Both the position numbers and the translations under genes were made by a program. 62,664 bases of DNA from a virus, in IMG/VR virus record IMGVR_UViG_3300034134_000009, positions 1-62,664 of that record, one strand, 5' to 3'. This document shows, one piece after another, positions 33,806-43,192 of this stretch. Below the pieces are notes generated by a model. That model was not told the DNA's origin. It worked only from the letters and a program-made list of their open reading frames with translations, and searched no databases. Positions within the stretch are counted from its first letter, which is position 1, and every line of letters begins with the position of its first letter.

Positions 33806-35631
33806 GCCTGGGCCGGGCCGTCAGCCCGGTCGAACGCTTCGCCATACACCGACCGCAGCACGTCGCGCAGCATGTCGGGGGTGACACCGGCCTGGTCGAG
33901 CTGGGTGAGCCGGTCGAGTACCTGCCGCAGCATCACCGTGTCGCGTTCGGTTTCGGCGGCGCGTTCCGCGGCGAGCTGCCGCGCGTAGTCGGCTTTCAGG
34001 TCGGCGGTGGCCTTGTTGACCGCGGCGACGATCTCGGCGGAGTCGTCGGCACTCTTGGTGGCGGCGAGGATCGCGGCGAGCTGAACCTTCACCTGGTCAA
34101 GGGCGACCTTGTTGGCTTCGGACGCGACACGGGCGTAGTGCGCGTCGTCCCAGCCGTAGATCAGCGCGGAGCCGGCAGTGACCTTCGGGTTGGTGGCGAT
34201 GTCGGGTCGCCACGGACGGTTGTTCAGGGCGTTGTCGGTGTTGAACACCTTGATGGCGTCGGCGTCGGTGAGTGCCATGTCCACTGCCTTCCAGAGGTGG
34301 GGCCGCTCGTCGGCCCGGGACCGGGTGATGGAGATGTGGGACCACAGGTCGTGGCCGGAGCCGGTGTACTCGCGCAGGTTTTTGACGCCTTCCCAGCGTG
34401 CCCAGTACATGACGGGTTTGCCGGCGTCGGGCTGCACGATCATTTCGCAGATCATCGGGAACGCGCCGTTCATGAGCAACGCGAGGACACCTTTGTGCAG
34501 CTTCCGCAGCTCGGGGTTGCCGCCGTGGTGGTAGTCCCCGGCGCACGCCCAGTTGCCGTTGACGAACGGCCCGTCGGCGCCGTTGGGGTCGCGGCGGCGG
34601 CTGTAGTCGCTGGCGGGCACAAAGTTGGCTCCGCGGTGGAATCCGGTGCCGTGTCGGGCGTCGCCGACGCACCCGGATGACTTCCCGCCGAGGGCGATCC
34701 AGTCGGCCATGTCGGCGGTGATGACGGGCGCGCACACTTCGGTTGCGCCGCGGGGCACCAGGCCGAGCGGGTCGGGGACGACGGTTTCGGCTTGCAGGTT
34801 GACGGCCGTCACCAGGGCTTCGAGGTCGTCGCTGCCGGTGGCCCGGTGTGCCATGTCCCGGGCCATCGTGTCCAGCTCGTTCATGAGGGCGGCGGGGGCG
34901 GGTGCCCCTGCCCATGCTTCTGGTTGCGCGTTGCCGGGGTCTGCCTGCGGCATCAGCGCATCACCTCCTGTCAGGTCGGCCCATACCCCGTGGTCACGGA
35001 TGACCGACAGGGAACAGTCTCCCGTACCGGGCAGGGATGCCACACCCCATTGCATGATCGCGAGCTGGGTCCAGCCGCCGTACGTCGCCGACCAGGTGGG
35101 GTCGGTGTCGGCGGGTGGGGTGTCGCGGTAGCCGCCCATGGGTGCGCCCATGAGCCACGGGGTGAGGGTGGATCCGGGCCAGCTGCGGGGCTGCCACCAC
35201 CACCGGCCGGAGTAGATGGCGATGTGCCGGCCGAGTTCGTCTTGCATGGCGGTGACGTAGTCGCGGACGTGTTCCCAGGTGGGCGGGGTTATACCGTGCT
35301 GGCCGGTTTCTTCTATGTCGACGCAGTGCCCGAACCCGCCAAGTCCGGTTCCGAACATGCCGCGCATCCGGGCAACCTGGGTGCGGGCTTGTGCGGCGCC
35401 GGGGGTGCGTCCGTCGAGCCAGTGGTAGGTGGAGACGCCCATGCCGAGCGTGCGGGCCTGTTCGGTGTAGTCGACGGCCCATTCGCCGGAGATGTAGCCC
35501 TGGCCGCCGGTGAGGGCGATGTTCGCGACCTGGTAGCCGGCGGCGTGGGCTTTGGCGAGGTTGAGGGGTTTCGGTATTTCGACCTGATAGCGGGAGACGT
35601 CGACGAGACGAAGCATCCCCCGATCATCCAC
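33802..35631 (-). CDS. endolysin: GH25 muramidase N-terminus plus additional C-terminal domains
   Basis: 'LVDVSRYQ', 'STYHW' and 'CVDIEE' are typical GH25 motifs. 609 aa. Followed by membrane proteins. Confidence 0.75.
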   Translation of the reverse strand: MDDRGMLRLVDVSRYQVEIPKPLNLAKAHAAGYQVANIALTGGQGYISGEWAVDYTEQARTLGMGVSTYHWLDGRTPGAAQARTQVARMRGMFGTGLGGFGHCVDIEETGQHGITPPTWEHVRDYVTAMQDELGRHIAIYSGRWWWQPRSWPGSTLTPWLMGAPMGGYRDTPPADTDPTWSATYGGWTQLAIMQWGVASLPGTGDCSLSVIRDHGVWADLTGGDALMPQADPGNAQPEAWAGAPAPAALMNELDTMARDMAHRATGSDDLEALVTAVNLQAETVVPDPLGLVPRGATEVCAPVITADMADWIALGGKSSGCVGDARHGTGFHRGANFVPASDYSRRRDPNGADGPFVNGNWACAGDYHHGGNPELRKLHKGVLALLMNGAFPMICEMIVQPDAGKPVMYWARWEGVKNLREYTGSGHDLWSHISITRSRADERPHLWKAVDMALTDADAIKVFNTDNALNNRPWRPDIATNPKVTAGSALIYGWDDAHYARVASEANKVALDQVKVQLAAILAATKSADDSAEIVAAVNKATADLKADYARQLAAERAAETERDTVMLRQVLDRLTQLDQAGVTPDMLRDVLRSVYGEAFDRADGPAQA

Positions 35632-35681
35632 CGGCGCGGGACGATGGCATTACCACCACGTAATTCTGACGAAGGAGCACC

Positions 35682-35936
35682 ATGCCGAAGTTCCGCAAGA
35701 AGCCCGTCGATATCGAGGCCGTGCTTTGGGACGGTGGCAACACCGCCGAGGTGGCCGACTTCATGGCCAGCAGCCCGCGTTTCGGCAGCAACGGCCAGGG
35801 CGCTCACTGGGTCGAGATCGACACCCTCGAGGGAACCATGCGCGGAGACAAGGGAGACTGGATCATCCGAGGCATCCAGGGCGAGTTCTACCCCTGCAAG
35901 CCGGAGATCTTCGAGGCGTCGTACGACCGGGTCTGA
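35682..35936 (+). CDS. hypothetical protein (isolated plus-strand gene)
   Basis: 84 aa. gaaggag RBS. 'KKPVDIEAV...GDWIIRGIQGEFYPCKPEIF'. Flanked by the divergent endolysin gene and a strong terminator. Confidence 0.6.
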   Translation: MPKFRKKPVDIEAVLWDGGNTAEVADFMASSPRFGSNGQGAHWVEIDTLEGTMRGDKGDWIIRGIQGEFYPCKPEIFEASYDRV

Positions 35937-35963
35937 ACTACGACACCGTAACCGGGAACGCAG

Positions 35964-35994
35964 AACGCCCCACCTCGGCAAAGGTGGGGCGTTC
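35964..35994. terminator. bidirectional terminator hairpin
   Basis: gaacgccccacc / ggtggggcgttc 12-bp stem between convergent genes. Confidence 0.7.
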
Positions 35995-36012
35995 GTGGTG
36001 CGGGGTGAAAGG

Positions 36013-36267
36013 TCAGGCGGGAACCGGGGCGTCTTCGAGGTCGCCGGCCTCCGCCTTGGCGAGCGCGTACATCTCGTCGAACCCTCCGCGCTTGACGTCT
36101 TCGACGAAGTGAACGAACTCGCCGTAGGTGACCAGGACCCGGCCGTGGTTCTCGGGAATGTCCGAGTCGATCAGAACGCCCTGGCCGGGCACGTCGGTGG
36201 TGCGGACGCAGTTGGTCTGGCCGCTGCGGGCGGTGTAGGTGTACGGCTTCGCGGTGGTCTCCGGCAT
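36013..36267 (-). CDS. DUF397-like protein
   Basis: ATG with ggagg RBS (residue 77 of the track ORF). 'SGQTNCVRT...VLIDSD...FVHFVEDVKRGGFD' resembles DUF397. Confidence 0.55.
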   Translation of the reverse strand: MPETTAKPYTYTARSGQTNCVRTTDVPGQGVLIDSDIPENHGRVLVTYGEFVHFVEDVKRGGFDEMYALAKAEAGDLEDAPVPA

Positions 36268-36485
36268 GTGAACCTCCATTGCGGGCGGAACAACTGGAAC
36301 ACCCGCAACCCTAGCCACATTGGCGGGCAGTGCGCCAGACCCCGACGACGAATGGCACACCGGCCTGCAACTTGCACGAAACCCCCGGAAACGAGGATCG
36401 GCGCAGGGCCGCCCGCCCCGCGCCGATCTGCCCGCCAGTGCGTGTCTGCTTCGCCGGAAGACACAACAGGGCAGGACACCCAGCA

Positions 36486-36824
36486 TCATAGCCACTGACG
36501 CGACTGCGGGCGCACCTCACGCCGCGACCGCCGCCCATCACCCTTCGACTGGTTGCACAACCGGTGACACGTCGGGCACGGATTCGCCGGCTGATACGGG
36601 CCCATCGTCCCGTGCGCGGGCTGCAAATTCCCCAGCTCGTCAAACCCGGGCAGGCGCTTCCCCGTCATCGGGTCGCGGGGCCACAACGGATCACTGATGA
36701 TGTGGTCCGCAGTCCTCGAGCCGGGATGCCCGCAAATCGCGCACACGTCACTGTGGGCCAGCAGCACCTCCCGGTTACGGCGGTACCGGCGGTTCCCCGT
36801 CCCGCCCCGCCCGGGGCCGCTCAC
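36486..36824 (-). CDS. HNH endonuclease
   Basis: 'CAICGHPG..ADHII', 'NLQPAH', 'CHRLCNQSK'. Confidence 0.8.
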   Translation of the reverse strand: MSGPGRGGTGNRRYRRNREVLLAHSDVCAICGHPGSRTADHIISDPLWPRDPMTGKRLPGFDELGNLQPAHGTMGPYQPANPCPTCHRLCNQSKGDGRRSRREVRPQSRQWL

Positions 36825-37816
36825 TCCACACCCGCCACCGCGAGCACACCCGGATCGGTGAGGCCCACCGACAGGGCACCGGACGGGGCGTCGGCGGTCA
36901 CCACACGGGTGATGGCGTCCACAACCCGGAAATCGACCACATCGGACGCCAGGAACCCATCCACGACCATCACGGCCAGGGCGGGCAGGGACACCGCTGC
37001 GAATGACGGCACCGCCCCGCCTGCGCTCAGCCCGGCGGTCGCGGCGAGCGCGGCGGCGGGCCGCTGCTCGAGACGGCCTGCGGCGGCCAGAGTTGCGGCG
37101 GCGGAGACGGTGGCAGCTGCGTCAGCGGTGCGGGCCGGCATCGTCGTCAGCGCCACCGTGACGGCCAGAACAGTGCCGGTGGTGGACGGCACCACCGGTT
37201 CAGGTGCCAGGGCCGCAACGGCGACCAGAGCCGCCCCTGCGGGCCGTACGGGAGTGCCTGCCGGGGTCAGGGTGGCGGTTGCGGGGAGCGTGGCAGCCGC
37301 GAAGTCCGTTACGGGCCCTGCTGTGGTCAGCGTTGCCGTGGCGGCGAGGGTGGCGGCGGCGAGTTGCGGGGCGACACCCACAACCCCGGCCGGGGTCAAC
37401 GTCGCGACAGCAGCCACACCCCCTGCCACCGGTTTCGTTCCGGTACCGCCGGCGGTCAAGGTGGCGGTCGCGACCAGGCCCGTGGTGGCGGGTTTCGCGC
37501 CTGTCGCCGCGGTAGACAGGTCCGCTGCAACGGCCAACGCGGCGGCGGCGGTCGGGGCACCCGTCGACTCGGGTGTCAGGGCCGCAACGGCGGTGATACC
37601 GGCCTCGGCGATGCCCGCAACGGTCTGACCGGCCGCCAGCCCGGCAGCCGCGGCGAGCGTGACAGCGGCAGGCTGTACCCGAACCCCGCCCGGGGCCAAG
37701 GCCGCGACTGCGGCAACGGAACCGTCGCCGGTCTGCACAGCCGGGCCGGCGGCGAGCCGGCCCCGCCGCAACGTCCAGCTGCGTACCGGACGGCCGCGGC
37801 CTAGGCGGCGACCCAC
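36821..37816 (-). CDS. Ala/Thr-rich protein made of ~12 degenerate ~20-aa repeats
   Basis: Repeats of the type 'AAATL(A/P)ATATLT(P/T)AG...'. Start abuts the upstream stop and its stop overlaps the HNH start. Competing-frame ORFs look like shadows. Confidence 0.5.
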   Translation of the reverse strand: MGRRLGRGRPVRSWTLRRGRLAAGPAVQTGDGSVAAVAALAPGGVRVQPAAVTLAAAAGLAAGQTVAGIAEAGITAVAALTPESTGAPTAAAALAVAADLSTAATGAKPATTGLVATATLTAGGTGTKPVAGGVAAVATLTPAGVVGVAPQLAAATLAATATLTTAGPVTDFAAATLPATATLTPAGTPVRPAGAALVAVAALAPEPVVPSTTGTVLAVTVALTTMPARTADAAATVSAAATLAAAGRLEQRPAAALAATAGLSAGGAVPSFAAVSLPALAVMVVDGFLASDVVDFRVVDAITRVVTADAPSGALSVGLTDPGVLAVAGVE

Positions 37817-37817
37817 C

Positions 37818-38279
37818 TCAGCACCGCTCGAACCGCATGATTGCCCGCACGTTCACCGCCGCCGGAGCCGTACACCGGATCAGGAACCCCTGACCGGCCG
37901 GACAGTCCGGGGTTTGGCCCAGCGCATAGTCCCGGGCGTAGTGACATTTGTACGGGTCAAGCCAAATCGTCGCCCACGGGGTGATGACCGTCGGCTCAAC
38001 CGTGTAGTTCCGGGTCGCCGTGCCACCCCACGTGATGACCCGCCCATACCGGGTGTCGACCGTCGCCGCCGACGACGTGCCCGCCGTCGCCGCCGTGTAC
38101 TGGCAGATCTCCACCAGCACCGGCAGAGCCGTGGACGTGGTGCCGTCCATCGACAACGACCAGGCGATCAGGTCCACACCGTGCGTCGCCGGCCCCGTCA
38201 CCGCGAGAACCGTTTTCGCGGTCGCCGCGGCCAACGCCACCACGCCCTCAGTTTCGATCGAATATCCGGTCTTCGCCAC
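37818..38279 (-). CDS. hypothetical beta-rich protein
   Basis: 153-aa ORF, tightly packed in the operon. Confidence 0.55.
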   Translation of the reverse strand: MAKTGYSIETEGVVALAAATAKTVLAVTGPATHGVDLIAWSLSMDGTTSTALPVLVEICQYTAATAGTSSAATVDTRYGRVITWGGTATRNYTVEPTVITPWATIWLDPYKCHYARDYALGQTPDCPAGQGFLIRCTAPAAVNVRAIMRFERC

Positions 38280-38291
38280 AGCCGGCCCCTT

Positions 38292-39008
38292 TCACCAACG
38301 ACTCGCGCGGAGGACCGCGTTGCGGTTCTCCACGGACGCCCGGCCTTTGGGCGCCGCAGCGACCACCGGGGACTCTTTGAACGCCATCATCAACTGTTGC
38401 CGGTTCGTTGCCTCGTTCGTCCACGACGCCGACGTGGAGTACAGGGCTGCGGTGGTCACGATCCGCTCGCCCATGTCGATGTGCTGCCGGAAAAACGTGC
38501 CCGACGTGGCACCGGTGTTTCCCGACGATGCTGTCACGAACCCGTTGGCCCACGTCAGCCCGGTGATCGGGGACGGCAGGACACCGAGGCACGCAAAAAC
38601 CACGATCAGGTCGTTCGCTGCGGTTGTCGTGACCGAGGTGGCGCTGGTCGTCGTGCCGGCGGTGTTCGCGATCTGCGACGAGTTCTGCGCATCGAACGGG
38701 GCGCCGGTGACGCCGGAGTATTCGGCGACGGTGAACACTGTGTCGGTGGACGCGTTCGGGGTGGCCGTGAGCGACGTTTCGGTGCCGGCGGCGACTTTCC
38801 ACCAGGCGTATGCGGCGTTCGTGTCGACGACTGCCGGGCCGGCGGTGAATCCGGCCGGGGTGAGGGTTACTGTTCCGTCGGAGCTTGCGCCGACGACGAT
38901 CAGGTTCCCTGCGGTGGGGGCGGCCCAGCCGTCCCCGGATCCGATCGTCACGGAGGCCGCCGCACCGGGTGACCCTTTCGTGACGGCCTGGACCCGGGAG
39001 ATGGGCAC
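38292..39008 (-). CDS. hypothetical Thr/Ala-rich protein
   Basis: 238-aa ORF. Confidence 0.55.
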   Translation of the reverse strand: MPISRVQAVTKGSPGAAASVTIGSGDGWAAPTAGNLIVVGASSDGTVTLTPAGFTAGPAVVDTNAAYAWWKVAAGTETSLTATPNASTDTVFTVAEYSGVTGAPFDAQNSSQIANTAGTTTSATSVTTTAANDLIVVFACLGVLPSPITGLTWANGFVTASSGNTGATSGTFFRQHIDMGERIVTTAALYSTSASWTNEATNRQQLMMAFKESPVVAAAPKGRASVENRNAVLRASRW

Positions 39009-39009
39009 G

Positions 39010-39345
39010 CTAGCCGGCCCAGTCGATCGTGAGGCCGTTGAAGTCGGTTTGGGTGGTGTAGCCCTGCGCGGCGCACTGCGCGACGGTCAGCGCCGCACCG
39101 GTTTTCGGGATGCGGACTTCACGTTCGGGGCCGCCGTCGGGGTCGGCGAGAACCATGCGGATCGCCTGGTCGGTTTGGTTGTCGACGATGAGGGCGCCGG
39201 TGCGGGGCCCATCGGTGGTGTCCACGGTTCGGGCCATCAGGGCGCGTGCCGGGTCGGTGTCGTCGTAGTTGATGAAGATGCGCAGGGCGACCGAGCCGTC
39301 TGCTTTCGTCAACGTCATGATGATCTGTCCGATGAGGGCGGGCAT
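39010..39345 (-). CDS. hypothetical protein
   Basis: 111-aa ORF. Confidence 0.55.
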   Translation of the reverse strand: MPALIGQIIMTLTKADGSVALRIFINYDDTDPARALMARTVDTTDGPRTGALIVDNQTDQAIRMVLADPDGGPEREVRIPKTGAALTVAQCAAQGYTTQTDFNGLTIDWAG

Positions 39346-39346
39346 G

Positions 39347-39751
39347 TCACGCCGCCAGCGGGGTCAGCGAGAACGTGAACGTCGAAATGGTGAGCGTGTC
39401 ACCGGTGTTCACCGTTTTCGGGGTGGTGAGCTGCGCGGACGCGTAGAACGTGCCGGCCGAGTTCGCGGACCACACGGACACGTCGGTGACGATCTCCCCG
39501 TTGGTGCCGGCCCACGTCGTCCACGACGGGGACGTGGTCAACGCCATAGACCCGGCGGACGGGGCACCGAACGCCATCGCCTGCCGGGTGGTCGTGGATG
39601 ACACGGCCGTGGTGCCGGCCGCGCCCGGGTCGCCGGTGTGGATTTGCGCGAACAGGGTGGCGGGGGCCGTGAACGTGGTGCCGGCGCCGCCGCCGCGCAT
39701 CGAGGACAGCCACGCGTTGGCGAGGTTCACCGTGGACAGGCCGCGGGCCAT
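39347..39751 (-). CDS. hypothetical Thr/Ala-rich protein
   Basis: 134-aa ORF. Confidence 0.55.
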   Translation of the reverse strand: MARGLSTVNLANAWLSSMRGGGAGTTFTAPATLFAQIHTGDPGAAGTTAVSSTTTRQAMAFGAPSAGSMALTTSPSWTTWAGTNGEIVTDVSVWSANSAGTFYASAQLTTPKTVNTGDTLTISTFTFSLTPLAA

Positions 39752-39752
39752 G

Positions 39753-40121
39753 TCACGCCCCCTTCATGATGTGGTTGAGCATGGCCGCGCCGGGTTTGCC
39801 GTTCCAGCCCTCGAGGAGGGTGGCGCATTCGCCGGTGGGGCAGCCCTGGTCGCGGCAGCAGTCACGGTGAAGGGTGAGGCTTCCGGTGTCGAGCAGGTCG
39901 GCGATCAGCCGGTCGGAGTCCTCATCGGGCGCACTGGTCATGACCTTCCGGATGATCTCCGGGGTGGGGGTGCCGGTGATGGCCCCTGCCGATCCGGCGA
40001 TGACGTGCCGGGGGTGGTCGTCGACGCCGCCGCACGCGTCACACACCTGCAGCGCCCTGCCTTTGCCGATGTTCGCCATGCGTCGCCCGATCTGTCGCGT
40101 GTCTGCCGCCGATAATCGCAC
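39753..40121 (-). CDS. hypothetical Cys-rich protein
   Basis: 122 aa. 'CDACGG...HRDCCRDQGCPTGEC'. Start uncertain (alternative ATG at 40079). Confidence 0.45.
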   Translation of the reverse strand: MRLSAADTRQIGRRMANIGKGRALQVCDACGGVDDHPRHVIAGSAGAITGTPTPEIIRKVMTSAPDEDSDRLIADLLDTGSLTLHRDCCRDQGCPTGECATLLEGWNGKPGAAMLNHIMKGA

Positions 40122-40232
40122 GGCCCGGCCGTGCGCGCCATCACCCGGGTATGGGAACGGCCCGCCGGTGGGGCAGATCCCGACTGCGGCGGGACCCCGG
40201 CGGGCCGTTCGTGCGCGGAGGCGCTGGGACGG

Positions 40233-40598
40233 TCAGGGAATGTACGTTGCTTCGATCGTCAGGGTGGTGACGCTCGAGTAGGTCAGGTTCAGGTAGCCGA
40301 TGTTGCCGCTGGTCTGCCGGAACCGGTTGTCGACCTTGATGGGGACGTACTGGACGGCGGTGGCGCCGAGGGTCACGGCCACGTTGACGTCGGTGCCGAA
40401 GTTCGACATGGGCACCGAGTCGAGGGTGATGGTGGCGCCGGTGCCGGCGGTGGCGATGCGCAGGATCACGTACGAGCCGGTGAGGGCGATGGAGTCGCCG
40501 CCGATGTTCGGTGTGATGGTGACTGCGGCCTGGCCGGCGGTGGGGGAGCCGTAGGACTCGGAGAGGGGCTGCAGGCCGAGCGGTGAGTACGTCGCCAC
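40233..40598 (-). CDS. hypothetical beta-rich protein
   Basis: 121-aa ORF. Confidence 0.55.
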   Translation of the reverse strand: MATYSPLGLQPLSESYGSPTAGQAAVTITPNIGGDSIALTGSYVILRIATAGTGATITLDSVPMSNFGTDVNVAVTLGATAVQYVPIKVDNRFRQTSGNIGYLNLTYSSVTTLTIEATYIP

Positions 40599-40668
40599 GG
40601 TGGGCCGCCTTCCGGGTCCGGTGTTGTCTGGTCAGAGCTTGGCACGGCGGGGCAAGCGCCGCAACAGG

Positions 40669-41121
40669 TCAGGGCTGGCAGCGGTGCGCGCGGAACGCGG
40701 CGAGGGCGAGCTGCCCGGATTCGTGGCCGACGCCGCTGGCGTGTGCTTCGTTGCCGGTGAGGGCGCAGCCGGCGCAGATCCATGTCCACAGGTGCACGCC
40801 GTGGCGGAGGATCGCCGCCGGGTGGGTGTGGCCGGGTTCGGCGGTGGACAGCACCACGGCGTGCCCGCTGCTGGCGACGTGGGCGACGGCCCAGGCGTCG
40901 CGGGCGGTGGCGTCGAGGAACGGCTGAGAGAGGTCTTCGCCGCAGCGGTGGCAGGTGGCGAGGTGCCATACGGGGCCGGGCATGGTGTCACCGGCGAGTG
41001 GGCCGCCGCTGTCGAACAGTTCGACGAGGGCTGCGTCGGTGCCGAGCATCCGGGCGAGGTTGCGGGTTTGGGTGGCGGTTGGCGAAGTCACGCCGGGCAG
41101 CATAGCGGACATGTTTGCCAC
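40669..41121 (-). CDS. hypothetical His/Cys-rich protein
   Basis: 150 aa. 'CHRCGED' and 'WICAGC'. Confidence 0.45.
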   Translation of the reverse strand: MANMSAMLPGVTSPTATQTRNLARMLGTDAALVELFDSGGPLAGDTMPGPVWHLATCHRCGEDLSQPFLDATARDAWAVAHVASSGHAVVLSTAEPGHTHPAAILRHGVHLWTWICAGCALTGNEAHASGVGHESGQLALAAFRAHRCQP

Positions 41122-41261
41122 TTTCCATCCCTTCGGTGAGTCGCACAGTCGGGGAGTGTCCCGACCGGGCGGGTAGGTGTCAACGACCGGGGCTCGCTGT
41201 TACGCGCTGTGACCGGCCCGGGTGGGGGCTCGGGCCGGTGCCAGCGGGCGGGCCTCACAGG

Positions 41262-41392
41262 CGATCTAACAGTCTCCCCACGTACCAACAAGCGTGAGTT
41301 AGGTGATACCCGTTAGTCTTCTAACACATATAACCTAACTAATATCTAACAAGTCTCCAGAGAGGTGTTAGGTCCGGGCGTTAGTCAGACGG
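41262..41392. repeat. AT-rich iteron cluster (candidate origin or operator array)
   Basis: atctaaca(a)gtctcc at 41264 and 41344. gttaggt-N6/7-cgttagtc at 41298 and 41367. Further ctaac/gttag units between them. Confidence 0.6.
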
Positions 41393-42604
41393 CCGCCGGG
41401 GATGCCGGTACAGGCCCAAAGTCGGCCTCTCGATCTCCCCCGCCTTCACCATGCGTGACAGGGTCATGTCCACGTTCGTCATCTTCGATGAAGAGAACTG
41501 GTCGTGGATCTCCTTCACCGGAACGAGATCATCACGCTCCCGCAGGTACGCCAAAATCTCGGACCGCAGGTTGCCCTTCGGCCGCTTGACCTGACTCGCT
41601 TCCTCAAGCACGTCACCCGCCCGGCGAGAGTCCGTCCCGCCCCACGCCACCCGTGATGTCGGCACCCGGAACAGTCCGCCCTCATCGTCAGTGGCCTCCA
41701 GCATCACCTGAGAGATGCCGTACTGCTGAGACATCTGCTTCGGGCCCAGGTTGCACTTCTCCTGCGTGAACAGGTACGTGTCGGGCCCTTCGACGCCCTC
41801 GATCTGTGGGGTGCGGATGCAGAACAGCACGGACCGGGCAACGGCGGAGAACGCGCGGGAACCCATCAACGAGTTCAGCGGGTCGGTGCCGGAACTCTTG
41901 TTGACGTGGATCAGGCCGAGGACCGCAACGCCGGCCGCCGACGCGAACCGGGACAGCGGGTCGAGCGCCTGTCGGACTTCGCGGTCTTTATGGGTGTCGA
42001 GCTTCCCGTCGATGATCGACATGATGGGGTCGAGAACAACCATCGCCACGTCGTGTTCCTTGCACTGGGCGGCCAGACGCACCAAATCCCGGGGAAAAGA
42101 GATCCAATCCTTCTCGCCGGTCTCCTCGTACGCGTCGGCCTGAAACACCCTGGTCACATCGGCATCGGCGGCGATCAGGCGGGGCAGAATCACCGGCTCC
42201 CACTCATCTTCCGTGGCGTACACCAGCACGCCGCGAGGGTCGCCGTGGAACTCCCCGGGCAGGGTGCCGCGGGTGATCTTCGCGATGATGTCGTACGAGA
42301 TCGTGGACTTGCCGATGCCCTCACGGCCTGCGAGCAGAGTGATACCGCCGACGGGGATGTGTCCACCGGCTTCCTGGCCCCACACCCACCTGATCCGCTT
42401 GATGGCCATCCCGGATGCCGCGCGGAGCACGATCCGACGCCCGCCGGGTTCGGCGCCTTCGCGTTCCTCGGCTTCGGCGACGTCTTGTTGCAGCGCGGCG
42501 GCGGCGGTTTCGTCTTCAGCCCAGAACCCGGGGTCTTCGTCGGGTGGGGTGAGTGACGCCCAGTAGGCGGGCTCGTTGGTGTCGTCCCACTCTTGAGCGT
42601 TCAT
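41381..42604 (-). CDS. RepA-like AAA/RecA-fold ATPase (replicative helicase candidate)
   Basis: Walker A 'LLAGREGIGKST', Walker B 'AMVVLDPI', 'LGLIHVNKS'. C-terminal wHTH-like tail. Confidence 0.75.
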   Translation of the reverse strand: MNAQEWDDTNEPAYWASLTPPDEDPGFWAEDETAAAALQQDVAEAEEREGAEPGGRRIVLRAASGMAIKRIRWVWGQEAGGHIPVGGITLLAGREGIGKSTISYDIIAKITRGTLPGEFHGDPRGVLVYATEDEWEPVILPRLIAADADVTRVFQADAYEETGEKDWISFPRDLVRLAAQCKEHDVAMVVLDPIMSIIDGKLDTHKDREVRQALDPLSRFASAAGVAVLGLIHVNKSSGTDPLNSLMGSRAFSAVARSVLFCIRTPQIEGVEGPDTYLFTQEKCNLGPKQMSQQYGISQVMLEATDDEGGLFRVPTSRVAWGGTDSRRAGDVLEEASQVKRPKGNLRSEILAYLRERDDLVPVKEIHDQFSSSKMTNVDMTLSRMVKAGEIERPTLGLYRHPRRPSD

Positions 42605-42954
42605 TTCCGGTCACCGGCCTCGAGCCCGGGGAAATCGTTCTCGCGCACGTACCGTTCGTCGACGCGCATCCGGGCGCGGTGCACGCGGACGGCGTCTTCT
42701 CGGGCGGTGGCGGCGAGGTTCAGTCGTGGCGGCGGGTAGGCGGCGTTCTCTTCGGCGACGCGCGCCCAGTAGCCGGCGTCGTATCCGGCCCGGTAGGCGG
42801 GGCTGTCCCATTCGGAGGTTTCGCGTCCCCATCGGCTGGCGGTTGCCATGAGGAAGGCGACCTGTTCGCGGTTGAACCGGGCGGCTGGGTCGTTCAGTTT
42901 GGCGACGAGCGCGGCGGTGGCGTCGCGCTGTGGTTCAGGCGGTGACAGGCTCAT
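42601..42954 (-). CDS. hypothetical protein
   Basis: 117-aa ORF, ATGA-coupled to the helicase gene. Confidence 0.5.
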   Translation of the reverse strand: MSLSPPEPQRDATAALVAKLNDPAARFNREQVAFLMATASRWGRETSEWDSPAYRAGYDAGYWARVAEENAAYPPPRLNLAATAREDAVRVHRARMRVDERYVRENDFPGLEAGDRK

Positions 42955-43192
42955 TGTGGGCGGGCTCCTGTGCGGCGTGGGCGGTGGGGGACGTGCGCGC
43001 TCTCAGGTAGGCGCGTAGGTCTTCCCGGGGGTATCGGACGAGTCCCCGTGGCCCGGGGGTCACCTTGGTCCAGGGCGGCCCGATTTCCTTGTGGCGCCAC
43101 TGCTGGAGCCGTTCGGCGCTGGTGCCCAGATACTCGGCGACCTGGTCGGGGCTCATCATGGCGGGGTATGAGGTGAGTGGATCGTCTGCCAT
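42935..43192 (-). CDS. excisionase-family/MerR-like HTH DNA-binding protein
   Basis: ATG with aggaagaaagagg RBS (residue 19 of the track ORF). 'MSPDQVAEYLGTSAERLQQWR'. Confidence 0.55.
   Translation of the reverse strand: MADDPLTSYPAMMSPDQVAEYLGTSAERLQQWRHKEIGPPWTKVTPGPRGLVRYPREDLRAYLRARTSPTAHAAQEPAHNEPVTA

Noticed and set aside
36821-37816. Diversity-generating retroelement or contingency locus as an explanation for the repetitive Ala/Thr-rich gene.
   Set aside because: No reverse transcriptase ORF and no template/variable repeat pair with adenine-specific differences could be seen. The repeats are degenerate at the DNA level.
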